Origin: Gracilinanus agilis
Taxonomy: Eukaryota
DNA length: 64,000 nucleotides
Assembly (NCBI RefSeq): GCF_016433145.1
Contig: NC_058133.1
Span: 249,319,735 to 249,383,734, forward strand
Direction of reading: 5' to 3'
Shown here: positions 22,521 to 35,885 of the stretch, in pieces
Position numbering within the stretch: the stretch's first letter is position 1
How the letters are laid out: every line of letters starts with the position of its first letter
Notes under the pieces: model-generated
Seen by the model: the letters and a program-made list of their open reading frames with translations, nothing else
Databases searched by the model: none
Told to the model about the DNA's origin: nothing
Translations under genes and position numbers: made by a program

Positions 22521-24288
22521 ACAGAAACCACAGGCAAACACACTTATTCCTTCTCACTTTTGCTTGGAGCACTATAAATTGCTGTGAAGCAGTTATAATT
22601 TGACATTGTTTAGACTATCATTCCCATACAATTTTTCAACTGTTTATTTGGGTTTATGTTTTGAGGTTTTGGTTTTATGAGATTAATCATTTACAAAAAT
22701 GAACAATATGGGAAAAATTTTAATTTAATTAAAAAAAATAGAATACCAAGACCACTGGTGGGAAGCTAGGTGGTTTAGTTGATTGAGAGCCAGACCTAAA
22801 GGTCCTGGGTTCAAATCTGGCCTCAGATACTTCCTACCTGTATGATTCTGGGCAAGTCACTTAATCCCTTCTCTCCCTTTCCTAGCCCTGACAGCTCTTC
22901 TGCCTTGAACTAAGATACACAAAGAGAAGGAATGGGTTAAAAAAAATCATGAAACAGTCAGGAAGCCAGTCCTTAGATTGAAAACTAGGTTGGGAGAGTA
23001 AAATGTAAAAAGACTGGAAAGGCAGGAGGGGGTTGGATTGTAAAGGGCTTTGAATGCCAAATGTAAGGTTTTGTATTTGATCCTGGAGGCAATGGGGAGA
23101 CAGTGGAGTTTATTGAGTCCAAGGAAGAACAGGGTCAGATCTACACTTTAGGAAAATCATTTTAGTGGTTGAATGCAGGATGGATTGGAGTGAGGAGAGG
23201 CTTAAGGCAGGTGGACCCATCAACAAGCTATTACAATAGTCTAGGGATGAAGTGATGAGGTCCTGCCCTAGAGAGGCAGCAGTGTCAGAGGAGAGAAGGG
23301 ACCGTATTCAAGAGATATTGCCAGAGTGGAATGGACACACCTTGGTAATAGATTGACTATGAGAAATTAAACATAGTGAAGAATTGAGAATGACTCCGAG
23401 GTTCCAAGCCTATGGGACTGGAAGGATGGTGTTGTGGCCTCAACAACAAAAAAGAAGTTAGGAAGAAGGGAGGGCTTGGGGAAGGGGATTATGGGTGTAG
23501 TTTTAATATATTTAGTCTAATATTTCTTTAGGGTATCCAAGACATCTGAAAGGCAGTTGGAGATACAAGATTGGAGGTCAGTAGAAAGTCTGGGGTGAGA
23601 GAGGTACATTTAAGAATCAACATGGAAATAAATCAATCCATGAGAGCTGTTGAGATCACCAAATGAAATGGTATAGAAGGAGAAGAGAAGCAGTTCCTGA
23701 GACACCTTTGGTTAATAGACATCAAGCATTTATTGCAATATTCCCAAATCATAGGAAAGAAAAAGTCAGGGAAAAAATAGAAAATTTAAAGTGAAATATC
23801 TCATCACAACAGAATATTTTGGTAAAAATAAAAGGAGGCTGCAATCAAAGTTAGTTTCCCAAGTTTCCATTTTGTCAGCCAAACAAAAAGAGTAGTTTAT
23901 CAATGAGTTAATTAAGTTGTGTTTGATTAAAGCAACTGAAGAAATGTGTCCAGAGAAAATAAATTTGCTTAAGAATATTAGTCTTTTAGGCTCAATTAGT
24001 TAACCTATCTGTACAAAAAGATGTTTTCAAAGGTGACATATAAAATCTTATTACAGAACAGCATTAACAGATGAACATTTACAATTGATTTTGATAATGA
24101 ACACTAACTTTGAACCCCCACTAAGCAAAATGTAATCCTCTAAAAAAAACTCCTTTCTTCTCATTAATGAATATATTCAATTATTATTATGTTTTGAATG
24201 ATATAAATAAAAAAGTTGTGCTTTCATATTATATAAATATCTAAATATAAATTTTGCCTCAGTCCACAAATTAATTACTATCTGGTTT

Positions 24289-24500
24289 GTTTGTTTTTTT
24301 TTTTTTTTTTTTTTACATTTTTTTAAAACCCTTAACTTCTGTGTATTGGCTCCTTGGTGGAAGAGTGGTAAGGGTGGGCAATGGGGGTCAAGTGACTTGC
24401 CCAGGGTCACACAGCTGGGAAGTGTCTGAGGCCGGATTTGAACCTAGGATCTCCCATCTCTAGGCCTGGCTCTCAATCCACTGAGCTACCCAGCTGCCCC
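24289..24500 (-). mobile_element. Young SINE1_Mdo-like SINE
   Basis: Full consensus. TSD tactat(c/a)tggttt at 24276-24288 and 24501-24513. Confidence 0.9.
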
Positions 24501-24559
24501 TACTATATGGTTTTTTATTGAAAAAATTTGCTGACCTTTCTAATGTAATAACAAACTAT

Positions 24560-24690
24560 TTTTTCTTCTCCTTCTTCTTCTCCTTCTTCTCCTTTTCCTT
24601 CTTCTCCTTTTCCTTTTTCTTCTCCTTTTTCTCCTTTTTCTTCTCTTTCTCCTCCTCCTCCATCTCCTCCTCTTCCTCCTCCTGCATCTC
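24560..24690. repeat. Pyrimidine-rich (TTC/TCC) low-complexity tract
   Basis: Almost purely C/T on the plus strand. Confidence 0.9.
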
Positions 24691-26419
24691 CATCTCCAAT
24701 GACAGTGTTTCCAACTGAAGAATTTTTCCTCTTGTCTGCCTTGTTAAAGTATATCTTTTTTTTAATTAGCAAATTGTTGGTAATATGTTATGCAGCTACA
24801 CATCACATCCACACTTGACAACAGGCAAGTTGCATCATAATATTGACAACTGACAATGAAACAGCATGTTAAAATCTTTAGCTAGCTTGCATTGAGTTTT
24901 AGCTTAAATAAGTGTGATCTATTATCATTTTATCATCCCATTACATCAAATTCTGCATTATTCTAAATTGCACTAATCATGACCTAGCTGTGCAAATTTA
25001 TTTAAGCATTTGGAAGGTGATTATATGTTGGTGCAGTGCAGTGCTAACTTTCTAATGGGGGAGAAGAAATAAGCATCCTTTCAGAACTTTATTGTCTTCA
25101 AAGGGCATGGAGGGAGTTAAACAAAAACAGAGGTCTTCCGGAGTATTAACTCTATTTTCAAGAATTTAAAAAGGGAAAGATAAAGGAGGACAAAGGAGGA
25201 ATACATTAGGGTGGAACTTGCTATTTCTTATAATTGGGTACTATGAGGAAAATATTCAAACATGTGGAAGGGATGATAGAAAGCAGACATCAAATGAAAT
25301 TCATTTATCTGAAATGAAGAAAGGAGGGCCAAACAGAGACAGACACAAACAGAGTGAAATAAGCAGGTATATCATGAAAGTCAGAGTGGGAACTTGACCT
25401 ACTACTTGACAGAGAATGTAAACTACCTTGAGTAAATGTAAAAAGCAAAAGAAGCTCCAACTGGCACATGGGAAAATATGACCTTCAGCCATCCCTGGCA
25501 CTATACCTTCTTTGTTCTATTTCTATGTTCTGGTCTGTGGTTGGTGCAGTGATGTCCCTTTGTCTTCCTGGCTACCCAGGGTTGGCCTCTTTCCAGTAAG
25601 CTTCCCCAATAAACCGAAATAACCTAATTAACCCTAATAAAACCTATGAATAACCAAGCTGGTACGGGCCCCTCTTTCTATGGTATCTCAGTATTCTCTG
25701 GAGGGGATGCCACCTATGATTTGCATAATCAGTACAAAACAGATCCACCCCCTTCTGTTTGGCATAAATTGCAGGATAGTCTGCTACCTCTACAAATCTT
25801 TTGTCCTTACTGTTGGTAATAGAAAAATACAATGAAGAGAATAATCACAAGTAAAACAAATTTCTTGAACCTAAAAATGAAATTAAATGGGACAGAAGAT
25901 AAGGAAATAAATTTAAGTGGTGCCTTGGATTATCTTAAACAACTGGGGAATGTTTAAACAGTCATGTGGAATATTGTTGCATCATGAGAAAAAAGAGAAG
26001 ACTTCAAAGATTCCTGAGAAGTATATACTGACACAGAGCTAAGAGATCAGAACCAGAACAACATATAGAAAGTAAACAACATTGTAAAGTAAAATAACTT
26101 ATGAACTCTGATTAATGGAGAATAACCAGTTCTCCAGAGGACCTAGGATGCAGCCTATTCCCCTTTCCTGACAGAGAGGTAAATGGATACAAGATAAGAT
26201 ATTATGGACTCTGGGAATTCATTTGGCTTGATTATGCTTGTCTGTTACAAGAGATTTCACCCCTTTCTTTTTTGGGGTAGGGAAAAGGGTCAGAAGGGAA
26301 AAGAGATTAGCAATAGTGATGCCAGAGAAAAGAGAGTCATTGAAAAAAATTCTAATGCAAAGAAAACAGGACAGAAGGAAGTTCAAAAGGAAGCACAGAA
26401 ATTTTAAAAGTAATGTTTA

Positions 26420-26642
26420 GGTAGGTGGCACGGTGAATAGAACATGGGACCTAGAATCAGGAAGATCTGAGTTCAAGTATGATCTCAGAAGCTTAACTAG
26501 CTGTGTGACCCTGGGCAAGTCACTTTACTCTGCCTCAGTTTCCTCACCTGTAAAATGGAAGAAGGAAATGACAAACTACTCTAGTATCTTTGCCCCCAAA
26601 AAACTCCAAATGCAATCATGAAGTCAGACACAACTGAACAAA
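26420..26642 (+). mobile_element. MAR1-type CORE-SINE
   Basis: tRNA-like head, CORE (ctgtgtgaccctgggcaagtcactt...ctcagtttcctcacctgtaaaatgg) and RTE-like tail ending acaactgaacaa. Confidence 0.75.
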
Positions 26643-27469
26643 TAGTATTTATCATTTACCATTTTTATGTGTGAAATAGGAATTCATAATTATATAAAAT
26701 CCTTTTTGTGTTCTGTGTGAATAGAAATGTTCTTTTTGGTGTTCAAAATTAAAAATAAAAAAGGTTATGTGCATAGTTCTTAAGTGATCTAGAAATTAGC
26801 ATTCTTCCATAAGGTTCTAAACCTGCCATAGCTGGTGAACCTGGAGGTTATACTCATCCCCTAAGTAATAATACTTTATGTAAATTATACAATTTTTAAA
26901 AAGCAAACATCATTTTACAAGATTTTCATAAGTAATTGCCTGTCTTGGTGCATATTATCTTAGCTTTCAGATTTCTTCCACAAGTCCCTTTCAAGTCTAG
27001 GCACCATGCCCAGGTCCCAGTCCCAGGACCTCTGAACAATTTGCCCTCTGGCAAATTCTATCTGCCAGTTTAGTCCTGCTTTATTAACCCTCACCTTTAT
27101 CCTTGATTCTTCTCTCTCCCATATATCCCTTATCCAATTAATTGACATTTTGCTGGGGGGAGAACAAACAAACAAAACCCTGAGACTCAAAAGTAAGACT
27201 TGCCTTTGGTCACAAATTTATATCCCTTTTTTAAAAGAATATAGGAGAGTACTCACATTCTTCTTTCTCTGATTTCTGTCATTTGCATGTTCCATCTTTT
27301 AAATGGTCTCCCACTTTCCAGATTTTCATCTTTCTAATTCATCCTTCACAGTTGTGAAATAGATATTCCCAAAACTCAACTATTTCCCTGCTCAAGAAAC
27401 GTTAATGGAAAAGAAAAAAAAAATGTTAATGGCTCTCTACTGCCTCTAAAAAAAGAAGTCCTTCAAAAC

Positions 27470-28090
27470 TAGGACACTAATGCATTGCTGGTGGAACTGT
27501 GAACTGATCCAATCATTATGGAGGGCAATTTGGAACTATGCCCAAAGGACTATAAAGCAATGCATACCTTTTGATCCAGGAATACCACTAGTAGGATCTG
27601 TATCCCAAAGAGATAAAAAACAAAGTGAAAGGAACTACTTGTACAAAACATTTATAGCTGCTCTTTTTGTAGTGGCAAAAAATTGGAAATTAAAGGGATT
27701 ATCAATTGAGGAATGGCTAAACAAATTGTAGTATAGGATGGTGATGGAATACTATTGTGCTGTAAGAAATAATGAACAGGATGATTTAGAAAGAGCTTAG
27801 AAAGACCTTCATGAATGGATGCAGAGTGAAATAAGCAGAACCTGTCAAACATTGTACACTATAATAGCAATACTGTGGGACAATCAAATGTGATAGACAT
27901 TACTACTAACAGCAATACAGAACAATTCTGAGGGACTTATGATAAAGAAAGCTACCCACTTCCAGAGAAGGAACTGTTCGAGTCAGAATGTTGATGAAAG
28001 CATATAATTTTTCACTTGTTTATTTGGGTTTATGTTTCAGGGTTTTGATTTTATAAGATTACTCAGTTACAAAAATGAACAGTATAGAAA
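27470..28090 (+). mobile_element. Older LINE-1 3' fragment (ORF2 C-terminus/3' UTR)
   Basis: [23 protein letters not shown]...[13 protein letters not shown], homologous to 9900-10150. Confidence 0.85.
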
Positions 28091-28257
28091 TATACTATAC
28101 TTATATAAAAAATTTCATTTTTTTTCTCTTGGAAAGTTAATGGAAAGGGAAAATCACACTGCTGGAGAGAAGTTTCTAGGAAAGCACCACATGCAAGGAG
28201 GCAGGCAAAGCAAGTTTTAAAAGTATGCTCAATCAGGGCAGCTAGGTGGCTCAAAGG

Positions 28258-28743
28258 TGCTTCAAAACACAGAGTCCAGACACCCAAAAATTCAATAATT
28301 GGAACTGTTATTTATTGATTAAAAAAGGAAAAAAATCTACCAGTTGGGACAGCCTTCCCTAGTGGAAGCTGTATCAGATTGACATTACAAGACAGTTTAT
28401 ATAGGTTACAAGATACGAGGCTATTTCCTTTCATATCCATGTTCTTATTTGTTAATCAAGTAAAAGCTTCATCACAAACACAGGTCACTCAGGGGGTATT
28501 TACTTTTCACATATACCAAAACACTCATCCATAGTTAGCTATGTTTACCTTGCATTCCTGACCTATTTGTTTGTCTTGATGTCCCTTTGTTGGCCATAGT
28601 GGAATTGGACTCTGACCCATCACCTGCAGGTTGCTTGGCCTCCTGGAGGGATTAGGTTAGTTTCCTAAATAATGCAGAAATGGATTAATCTACTTCAATT
28701 CTACTTTATTCTCTAACCTATTTCATTTATTCAAACTACTTCA
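28258..28743 (-). mobile_element. Solo LTR-like element inserted into a SINE
   Basis: TG...CA ends, minus-strand TATA-like (~28396) and AATAAA (~28312). SINE halves lie at 28235-28257 and 28744-28865. TSD not resolved. Confidence 0.5.
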
Positions 28744-28866
28744 GATAGAGGCTAGGTCTGGAGTCTGGAGAACCTGGGTCCAAATGTGGCTTCAGATTAG
28801 GCTCTTCTGCAATGGAACTGATACTGCTTGTAAAACAGAAGGTAAGGATTAAAAAAGAAAGAAAAA

Positions 28867-29047
28867 GGGGTAGCTGGGTAGCCCAGCGGATTGAGAGTCC
28901 CGCCTAGAGATGGGAGCTCCAAGGTTCAGACACTTCCCAGCTGTGTGGCCCTGTGCAAGTCACTTGACCACCATTGCCCACTCTTACCACTCTTCCACCT
29001 ATGAACCAATACACAGAAGTTAAGGGTTTAAAAAAGAAAGAAAGAAA
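28867..29047 (+). mobile_element. SINE1_Mdo-like SINE (internal deletion)
   Basis: Consensus head and 3' end, with an (AAAG)n tail. Confidence 0.85.
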
Positions 29048-30289
29048 GTATGCACAGTAAATCCACTTGTTCACTGTGACTGACCATTCCTCCTGCCTTA
29101 TTTCCACGTCCACCTGATGCCTATACACAATATTCTTGCACTGATTGTCTCAAGTCGAGCATATTTCTGCCTCTGAACTTCATTCCCTTCAAGGTGCACC
29201 CTAACTTGGGTGCCATTTCCTAATGAAAGGCTTTCCTGATCCCACAGTGTCTCTCCTCCTCCATGAAATCTTTATTTAGCTATTTGTGTGCATGATCTTA
29301 TCCCTTCACTAGAATTTTGGTTCTTTGAACACATGGAACCTATTGTTTTAGTCTCTGCCTTCCCATCTTCTAGCACAGTGTTTAGGGAAAAGATTGCAAC
29401 AAACCTGTGAGGGAGGTGCAATTATTTCCCTTTTTTGCAGTAGAAGAAACTGAGGCAGACAGGGGTTGTGACTCACTTCTCACCTGGCTCCATTACTTTT
29501 TCGGACTTCACCTTGCCCTAGGGAGTTCATTAGTGGGATAACATCATCCCAAAAAATCTCACCAGCCTTGTATTCCATCTCATCACTACCGTCTGCCTCT
29601 CTGATTGGAGGGTGGGGTCATGGACGCCAAACCTCCATTTAAGGAGAACTGAGCTCAATTCCTTGTTTTTCACCTGACTGCAATATTTTTGATCTGTTCT
29701 GGGACTTCTCAGCTCACCCCCACCCCTTTTCAGCTTCCTTTTATGCATTGCCTTCCCTTGAGGATAAGAACTAACTTTTTTCGTATGTGTATCCTCAGTG
29801 CTTAGCACAGTGCCTGTTACATAATTGCTCCCTAATAAAATTTTACTGATTTTTTTTTGCCCAAGGTCACACAGCTAAGAAGTCTCTAAGGTTGGATTTG
29901 AACTTGTCTTCCTGACTTCAAAACCAGCTGCGCCACCTAGCAGCGCCCTGCCAGAACGGTTTAACACATAGTCGACACAATAAATGTCAGTTGGACAAAC
30001 GCATGAATGAATGTATAAATGAATGCATAAATGCATGCTTAAAAGAATGAATGAATCTCCTCTTCCCTCCAAATGCACCTCTAGAGGAGGGTAGAAGGGC
30101 CACGCCTTCCACATCAGGGGAAGATCTCTTTCCTGTCTCTTTCTATTTCCCAGGGTTCCAGCCAGCAGTGTGGACTGTTACGTAACCCGCAACCTGGAGA
30201 GCAGACTGAACTCCGAATTCTTCTCCGAACTCGCGCATCCAGAATCGCGGCTCCATACCCTTCCACGTCTTCCAGCGACCTTAGCGACA

Positions 30290-30900
30290 GCGTGCGTCAG
30301 GAAATGGTGCGGTCTAGCTGAGGGGCATGGCTCCGCTTCCGCCCGTGGGTGAATGAGCCAGCCCCGCCCCCACGGCCCCCACTCTCCGGGAGGCTGTGAC
30401 GGCGCCGGGAGAGTTAACCTTGCTGCGTTTTCCCCGCCCCACTCCCGCCCAGGTTACAGGAGGCTGGGCCCCGACTGGCCTCTCCCATTGGTCGCGAAGC
30501 CGGCACTGCACTGATTGGCCTGGGGCTGCCAGAAAGGTTCTTCATCCCGCTCGGAGAGGCCCCTCCCGTTCCTCCCTGAGGCACCCTGGTCCGGCCGAGC
30601 TGCAGCCTCCAGCTGTCCCTGGGTTGGGACTCGAGCCTGGAGACTTAATTCCGGATCTTGGGGGCTCCACCTGATGCTCAAGCTGGTCCATCTCCGCCGC
30701 GCCCTGGACCTATTGCTGAGATCCCCGTCCGATCTCCTACCCCCTTCCCTCCGGGATCCCTCCGGTCTGCCGGAGTCTCTGACTCTCCTGGCTCTCTCGC
30801 GGTCTCCGCCTGTCACTCACGCTCCTCTCTGGCTTTGGACGCTTCCTGACCTTCCTTCCTCTGAACCCTAGGCCAGCAAGGACCCTTCCTGCAGATAGGT
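30290..30900 (+). promoter_or_regulatory. CpG-rich promoter/5' region of SLC25A35
   Basis: High CpG density. GC boxes (ccccgccccc ~30361, cccgccc ~30433 and ~30444). ATTGG at ~30487 and ~30514. Confidence 0.75.
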
Positions 30901-31273
30901 CTCTCCCCAGCCCCTTCCCGATGAATTTCTGCATGCTCTTTCAGACCTTACTCAAGTGACTTATCAGTCACTGTCCCCTTTAAGGTTCCTGGTCCCCAAA
31001 GTTTGCTACTTCTTTTCCCCTAACGCTTGAATCCCTTTGGCTTCGTTCCCCACTGATCTCCAAATTCCAGAACTTCCTGACCCCTTGACTTCTAACGCTA
31101 AAGACTCCTTTCCTTCTGTTCCTCTGAACTTGAACCTTTTCTGACACCCACCCTCTCTTCCCTTATCTATACTTGCTTCCTCCCTCCAGTCCCCAACACT
31201 TCCCTCAACCGGGCATCTACCCTTCTGTCGATTTCTTGACTTCTGATTCAGCTCCTACAGCCTGCTTGGAGCC

Positions 31274-33988
31274 ATGGACTTCCTGCTGAGTGGTCTGGCT
31301 GCCTGTGGGGCCTGTGTATTTACCAACCCCTTGGAAGTGGTGAAAACCCGAATGCAATTGCAGGGCGAGCTCCAAGCACCAGGCTCTTACCAGCGACACT
31401 ACCGAAATGTCTTCCATGCCTTCTTCACCATTGGGAAAGTGGATGGGGTGGCTGCCCTGCAAAAAGGCCTGGCCCCTGCCTTAGTATACCAGTTCTTAAT
31501 GAATGGGATAAGGCTGGGGATCTATGGGCTGGTGGAAGCTAGGGGTCTTTTCCTTGACTCCAATGGGAACCACAGCCCTGGCCGTAGTGCTCTTGCCGGG
31601 GGCATTGCTGGAGTTATTGGTGCCTACGTAGGGAGTCCCATCTACATGGTAAGGATTAATCAGCTGACGGAGGACAAAGTCCTGTCTACCAAATCAAGAG
31701 TATACAAAAAAGGCTTTGGGAGGTGTGGTAAGAGTGAGGAAGATCGTGAAAGTGGTCAAAAATTTAGGTTAAGAATCTTTCTCTTAAGTCAGGCCCCTAT
31801 GATGTAAAGTCTACATGAAGAAGGCATAGGACATTCCAGGAGAGCATGTAATACCTGGAAAAGATTCTAGCTATCCCTGCAGGTGCTTTAAAATTTTTGT
31901 TGATTGATTCGCATGTTTTTGGATGGAATAGGTGAACATCAGGAGAGAACTAAAATAATTCAGAGAGCATGAAGTTCACCTAGGCTTCAGCATTGGTTAC
32001 AAGTACATTCAAAAAAGTTTGGAGAGAATCGAGGATCTTCTGGATAAGTGAATCTGAATTTCAGGCCAGTAAGGGCTAACTTGGGAAAAGAGAAAGTTTG
32101 CATTTGACTTCTGGGTTTATGAAGGCATCTACCATCCAGGAGGCAAACTATAAACATTCAATCCATAAGGAGCCTACAAACTTGTCCCATGTCTACTAGA
32201 CCTTTCTGGGTCCCTTAAGGTGGTCAGAAGCTAAGGTCTGGATACTTGGGTTTCACCTAACTTGATGTCTTCCTTGGGTCTTAGCAATAATTGTACTCTC
32301 CACAACAAAGGGAACAGGGTGGTGTAAAAGAAAATGAGGTATCTATTTAGTGCTAGGAGATCTTCTGGGACTAAAGCCAAGGGACACAGAGTCCCATGAC
32401 CAATTTATTTTGTGGGAACAACAATAATTACCAGATTAAAGGATTTGCTTCCTTAGCTACTCTCATAGGAGAGACTAGGGGCTAAGCACCTGGGTTCCTG
32501 AAGAAAAGGAGGGGGAAGGGTGCCTGGGTCTTGGGCAAATGACACCACCTCCTTCTCCCAGGTGAAGACACACCTTCAGGCACAATCAGCCTCTGAGATT
32601 GCAGTTGGGCATCAATATAAGCACCAGGTGAGGGATTTACTACCCACCCACCCCCAGTCCATTCTCTATCACTAGACTTCCTGCTTTCTCCAGCCTTGAT
32701 TGTCTCTCTCCACAACACCCCCAAATCAGCTCCTGATCCTTCCTTGCCTCTTAAGTCCAACCACTGAATCTCCTCCCCATTGAACCCCCATTTTGCTTTC
32801 TATTGACATGTTTTACACTTTGCCTCCACTCCATCCTCTCTTCCTTAATTCTACCACATTCCCTGACCCACTCCTCTCTTCTTCCTTGAGAGTTGAGGGG
32901 TTGGAGAAGGGAGAATGGAGAAGGGAGAAGGGTCTCATTCTGGTTCTGGGTCTTGATAGATCCTGTTTTCCTGGTAACTAACCTCTGGGAGGAGTGGAAG
33001 GGAAAAGCCCATGGTCATTTGTGTTAAAAGGTCTTTGTAAACTCTAAAGACAGAAATGTGTTAGCAGGTCTTGGGAGGTTGCTCTGGTAACTGAGTCCCA
33101 CTCCATCCCTTCCCTCACCAGGGTATGTATCAAGCACTATCTGTGATTGCAAGAAAGCAGGGCCTATGGGGTTTATGGAGAGGGGCATTGGGAGGACTCC
33201 CTCGAGTTATAGTCGGCTCCTCCACTCAGCTCTGCACCTTCTCATCCATCAAAGATCTTGTGGCCCAGTGGGAGGTATCACTTGGTGGGAAATGGGAAGG
33301 GTCATTTGGGATGGGGAGGAGGGAGGACCACCAGTTCACTCCTAACTGCTGAGAGACACCACCAATTTGACTCTAGCCCTTGGGAGATAGATGCTACCTC
33401 CCAAATGTGAGGCCACTGGCAGGGACTTAGGGGAAAGGGAGGGAGGACGGGGTTGCTCTTGTCCACTGCTTTTTATGTACTTCCTCCACCCCTACATCAG
33501 GTGTTTCCACCACAGAGCTGGAAACTTGCTCTGGTTTCAGCAATGGTGAGTAGCATGGCTGTGGTCCTCGCCATGACACCCTTCGATGTGATCAGCACCA
33601 GGCTCTACAACCAACCCACAGATGCCCATGGCAAGGTGAGGGGTGAGGGTGGGGGAAACAATTACAGTATTATATAGTAAGAGTCTGATGGGAATGGGAA
33701 TTGTTCAAGCAGGTGGGCAAACAGATGGGGCACAGGTCATAGAGGAGGGTTAAGGGTGGGATGGGAGAATTCTGTAATATATATCCCACCCCTTCCCATG
33801 TCTGCCTCACCCAGGGTCTGATGTATCGGGGGCTACCAGATGCATTGATGCAGACAATTCGGACAGAGGGCATTTGGGGCATGTACAAGGGAGTGGGTGC
33901 TTCCTACTTCCGCCTTGGCCCCCACACCATCCTCTCACTCTTCTTCTGGGACCAGCTTCGATTCCTTTACCAGACACACAAACAGTGA
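31274..33988 (+). CDS. SLC25A35: Mitochondrial carrier SLC25A35, 5 coding exons, 300 aa
   Basis: Exons 31274-31648, 32562-32627, 33122-33274, 33501-33635, 33815-33988 (903 nt). Starts [32 protein letters not shown]. Carrier motifs [24 protein letters not shown]. All introns are GT-AG, phase 0. Confidence 0.97.
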
Positions 33989-34577
33989 CCCCTCCCAACC
34001 CCAAATTCACCTGCAACACACTCCATTTGGGAAGGGCTGCCCTTATCTCACTCAAGATGATATTTTTTTGGACCCTTCCATACTTTTAGGTCTTAATGAT
34101 TAATAATCATTCACTCACCTCCCCCAACCTCCCTTATTTTCAGGGTTGAATCACCATGTGGGGTACTCCTTTTCATTCATCCTGCCATCACTCCTAGAAT
34201 CATGCACAGCTTCAAATCTCTCACCCTTACTCTCAGGGTTGAATTAATCTGAGGGATAGTCTCCTTTCTCAGACTTCTAGCTTCCAGTCCCTATGCACAG
34301 CTTTAAACTTTATCTCCTCAAACCAAAGGGAATTGAAGGAATTCTTCATTCTTCATCCCTGCCTCTAGATTTAAAGTGTATAAACACTTCTTCCCTCCCC
34401 CCTTCACCAAAGTCACAAAGAGATTGTATTGATATAAAGCAAGTTTATTTCTGCAAAAGTGGTGCCTTATGTCTGTATGTGAAGCAGAGAAGTGATGGAA
34501 ACCGCAACCATCAACCCCTTGCTTCTGTTGGAGAATCCAGACATCCAGACACCAGCGGCAGAGGGCAGTTCAGATCT

Positions 34578-35885
34578 TTATCTGGGACCAAAGATGTTGG
34601 GGTCAACGAGGGTCAGGGTAGTTACAAGCCTTTCAAAGTCAACCATGGTCCAGGGTGGGTGGTTTTGGCCTGATTCATGGCCATGGCTAGGCCTATTATT
34701 ATTATTCCCAGACCTGGAGAAGAGAGTAAAAAGATCACACTGGTCTCTTGATTTCTTTCTCCATAGAAAATAAACATTTTTCCTTCCCAGTCCCACAACC
34801 AAACCCTACTTTTATTTCCATTTCAAAGAATTCTCCCAGCCTTGCTCTCCCCTCCTCCTCCTTTCAAGGAACCCAAGATATTCCCCCCTCCACCCTACTT
34901 ACGTGGGTTCGTTGAAGGTCAGCAGGAGGTCAGTTCCATATTGTGGCAATCGGAATAGGGCCAGGTGTAACATCACATCCTTTTCATTCTGAGGGAAGCA
35001 AGAATCAGCTAAGATTATTGGGCAACCATACAAAGTCAGAGCTGTCGGGAACCCTGAAGATAATTTCACATGGGAAAACTAAAGCTTCCCTGGGCATCTT
35101 TTCATGGTGCAGACAGGCCTTTTTTAAAGCCCTTTTCTCAGAACTCCACTCCACCTATACCTTCTTCCTCCACCACACCCACACTTCTCCGCCCCATCCT
35201 TCTTTTGACATCTCCCTTCCCCACTCGATATTCCTACAACCCCAAGATAAACAGATCATCACCTCATTCTCCTTGGCCATGCGTTGCCGACCGCAGAGGA
35301 CCCAGGCATCCCGGCAGGCTCGAAGGGACAGATTTTGCAAGGAGAGAGGCTGCACAGCTTCCACTTGCTCGTCCCCTGACCCCTGCACCCCTCCCAGGGC
35401 CTCGAAATGGTACCTAGAGAAAGAGGGAGAGAAGAGGGGCGAAGGGAGTGGGACGCAGCGGCTTCAGACACAACCTCTTGCAGAGGAAGCCCGAGGCCAC
35501 GCCCCCCCTTCGACCCGGATTCGTATCGCCTTCCTATTGGCCAGAAAGGAGCCAGCGCCAGCCCGTTCCCGCCCTGGGCGAAGACTTTCCGCTTACCGCG
35601 CGGCCGCTTCTCCTTGCACGTGTGCCTGCAGCTCCAAAAGCTCAACAATGAGACTCTGCTCCGTCCCGCGGTGGCAGAAAACTTCCTGGTTGTCCGGTAC
35701 CGGCCGGAAATCACTAAGAGGCAGAATAGGAAAGCTAAACTTCACCGGCTCTTCTCCTAGGCCTCCCCCAGTCTCCCGCCCCCACCATACCCGAAAGTGA
35801 CCCCTGACCTCACGTCCAGAGCCCCCGGGGGAAGGGTGATGGAGAAAGCTCCCCCGAACAGCGGATGGTTACGTTTGGGCTCCAT
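34578..35885 (-). CDS. RANGRF: RAN guanine nucleotide release factor (MOG1), 5 coding exons, 188 aa
   Basis: Exons 35885-35809, 35713-35597, 35413-35263, 34988-34903, 34713-34578 (567 nt). [15 protein letters not shown]...PVPDNQEVF...LLLTFNEP...DPNIFGPR*. A 5' UTR intron runs from donor 36067 to acceptor 35894. Minus-strand AATAAA at 34444-34449. Confidence 0.96.

Noticed and set aside
24515-24772. E/K/G-rich and F/S-rich ORFs
   Set aside because: Translations of a simple TTC/TCC low-complexity tract.
25719-25726. Perfect octamer ATTTGCAT (possible snRNA distal element)
   Set aside because: No PSE or snRNA body follows; the downstream sequence is L1-derived.
34943-35800. 285-aa plus-strand ORF and several overlapping ORFs
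   Set aside because: They lie antisense across the RANGRF exons and CpG island. The GC-rich, stop-poor sequence explains them, and there is no recognisable protein.
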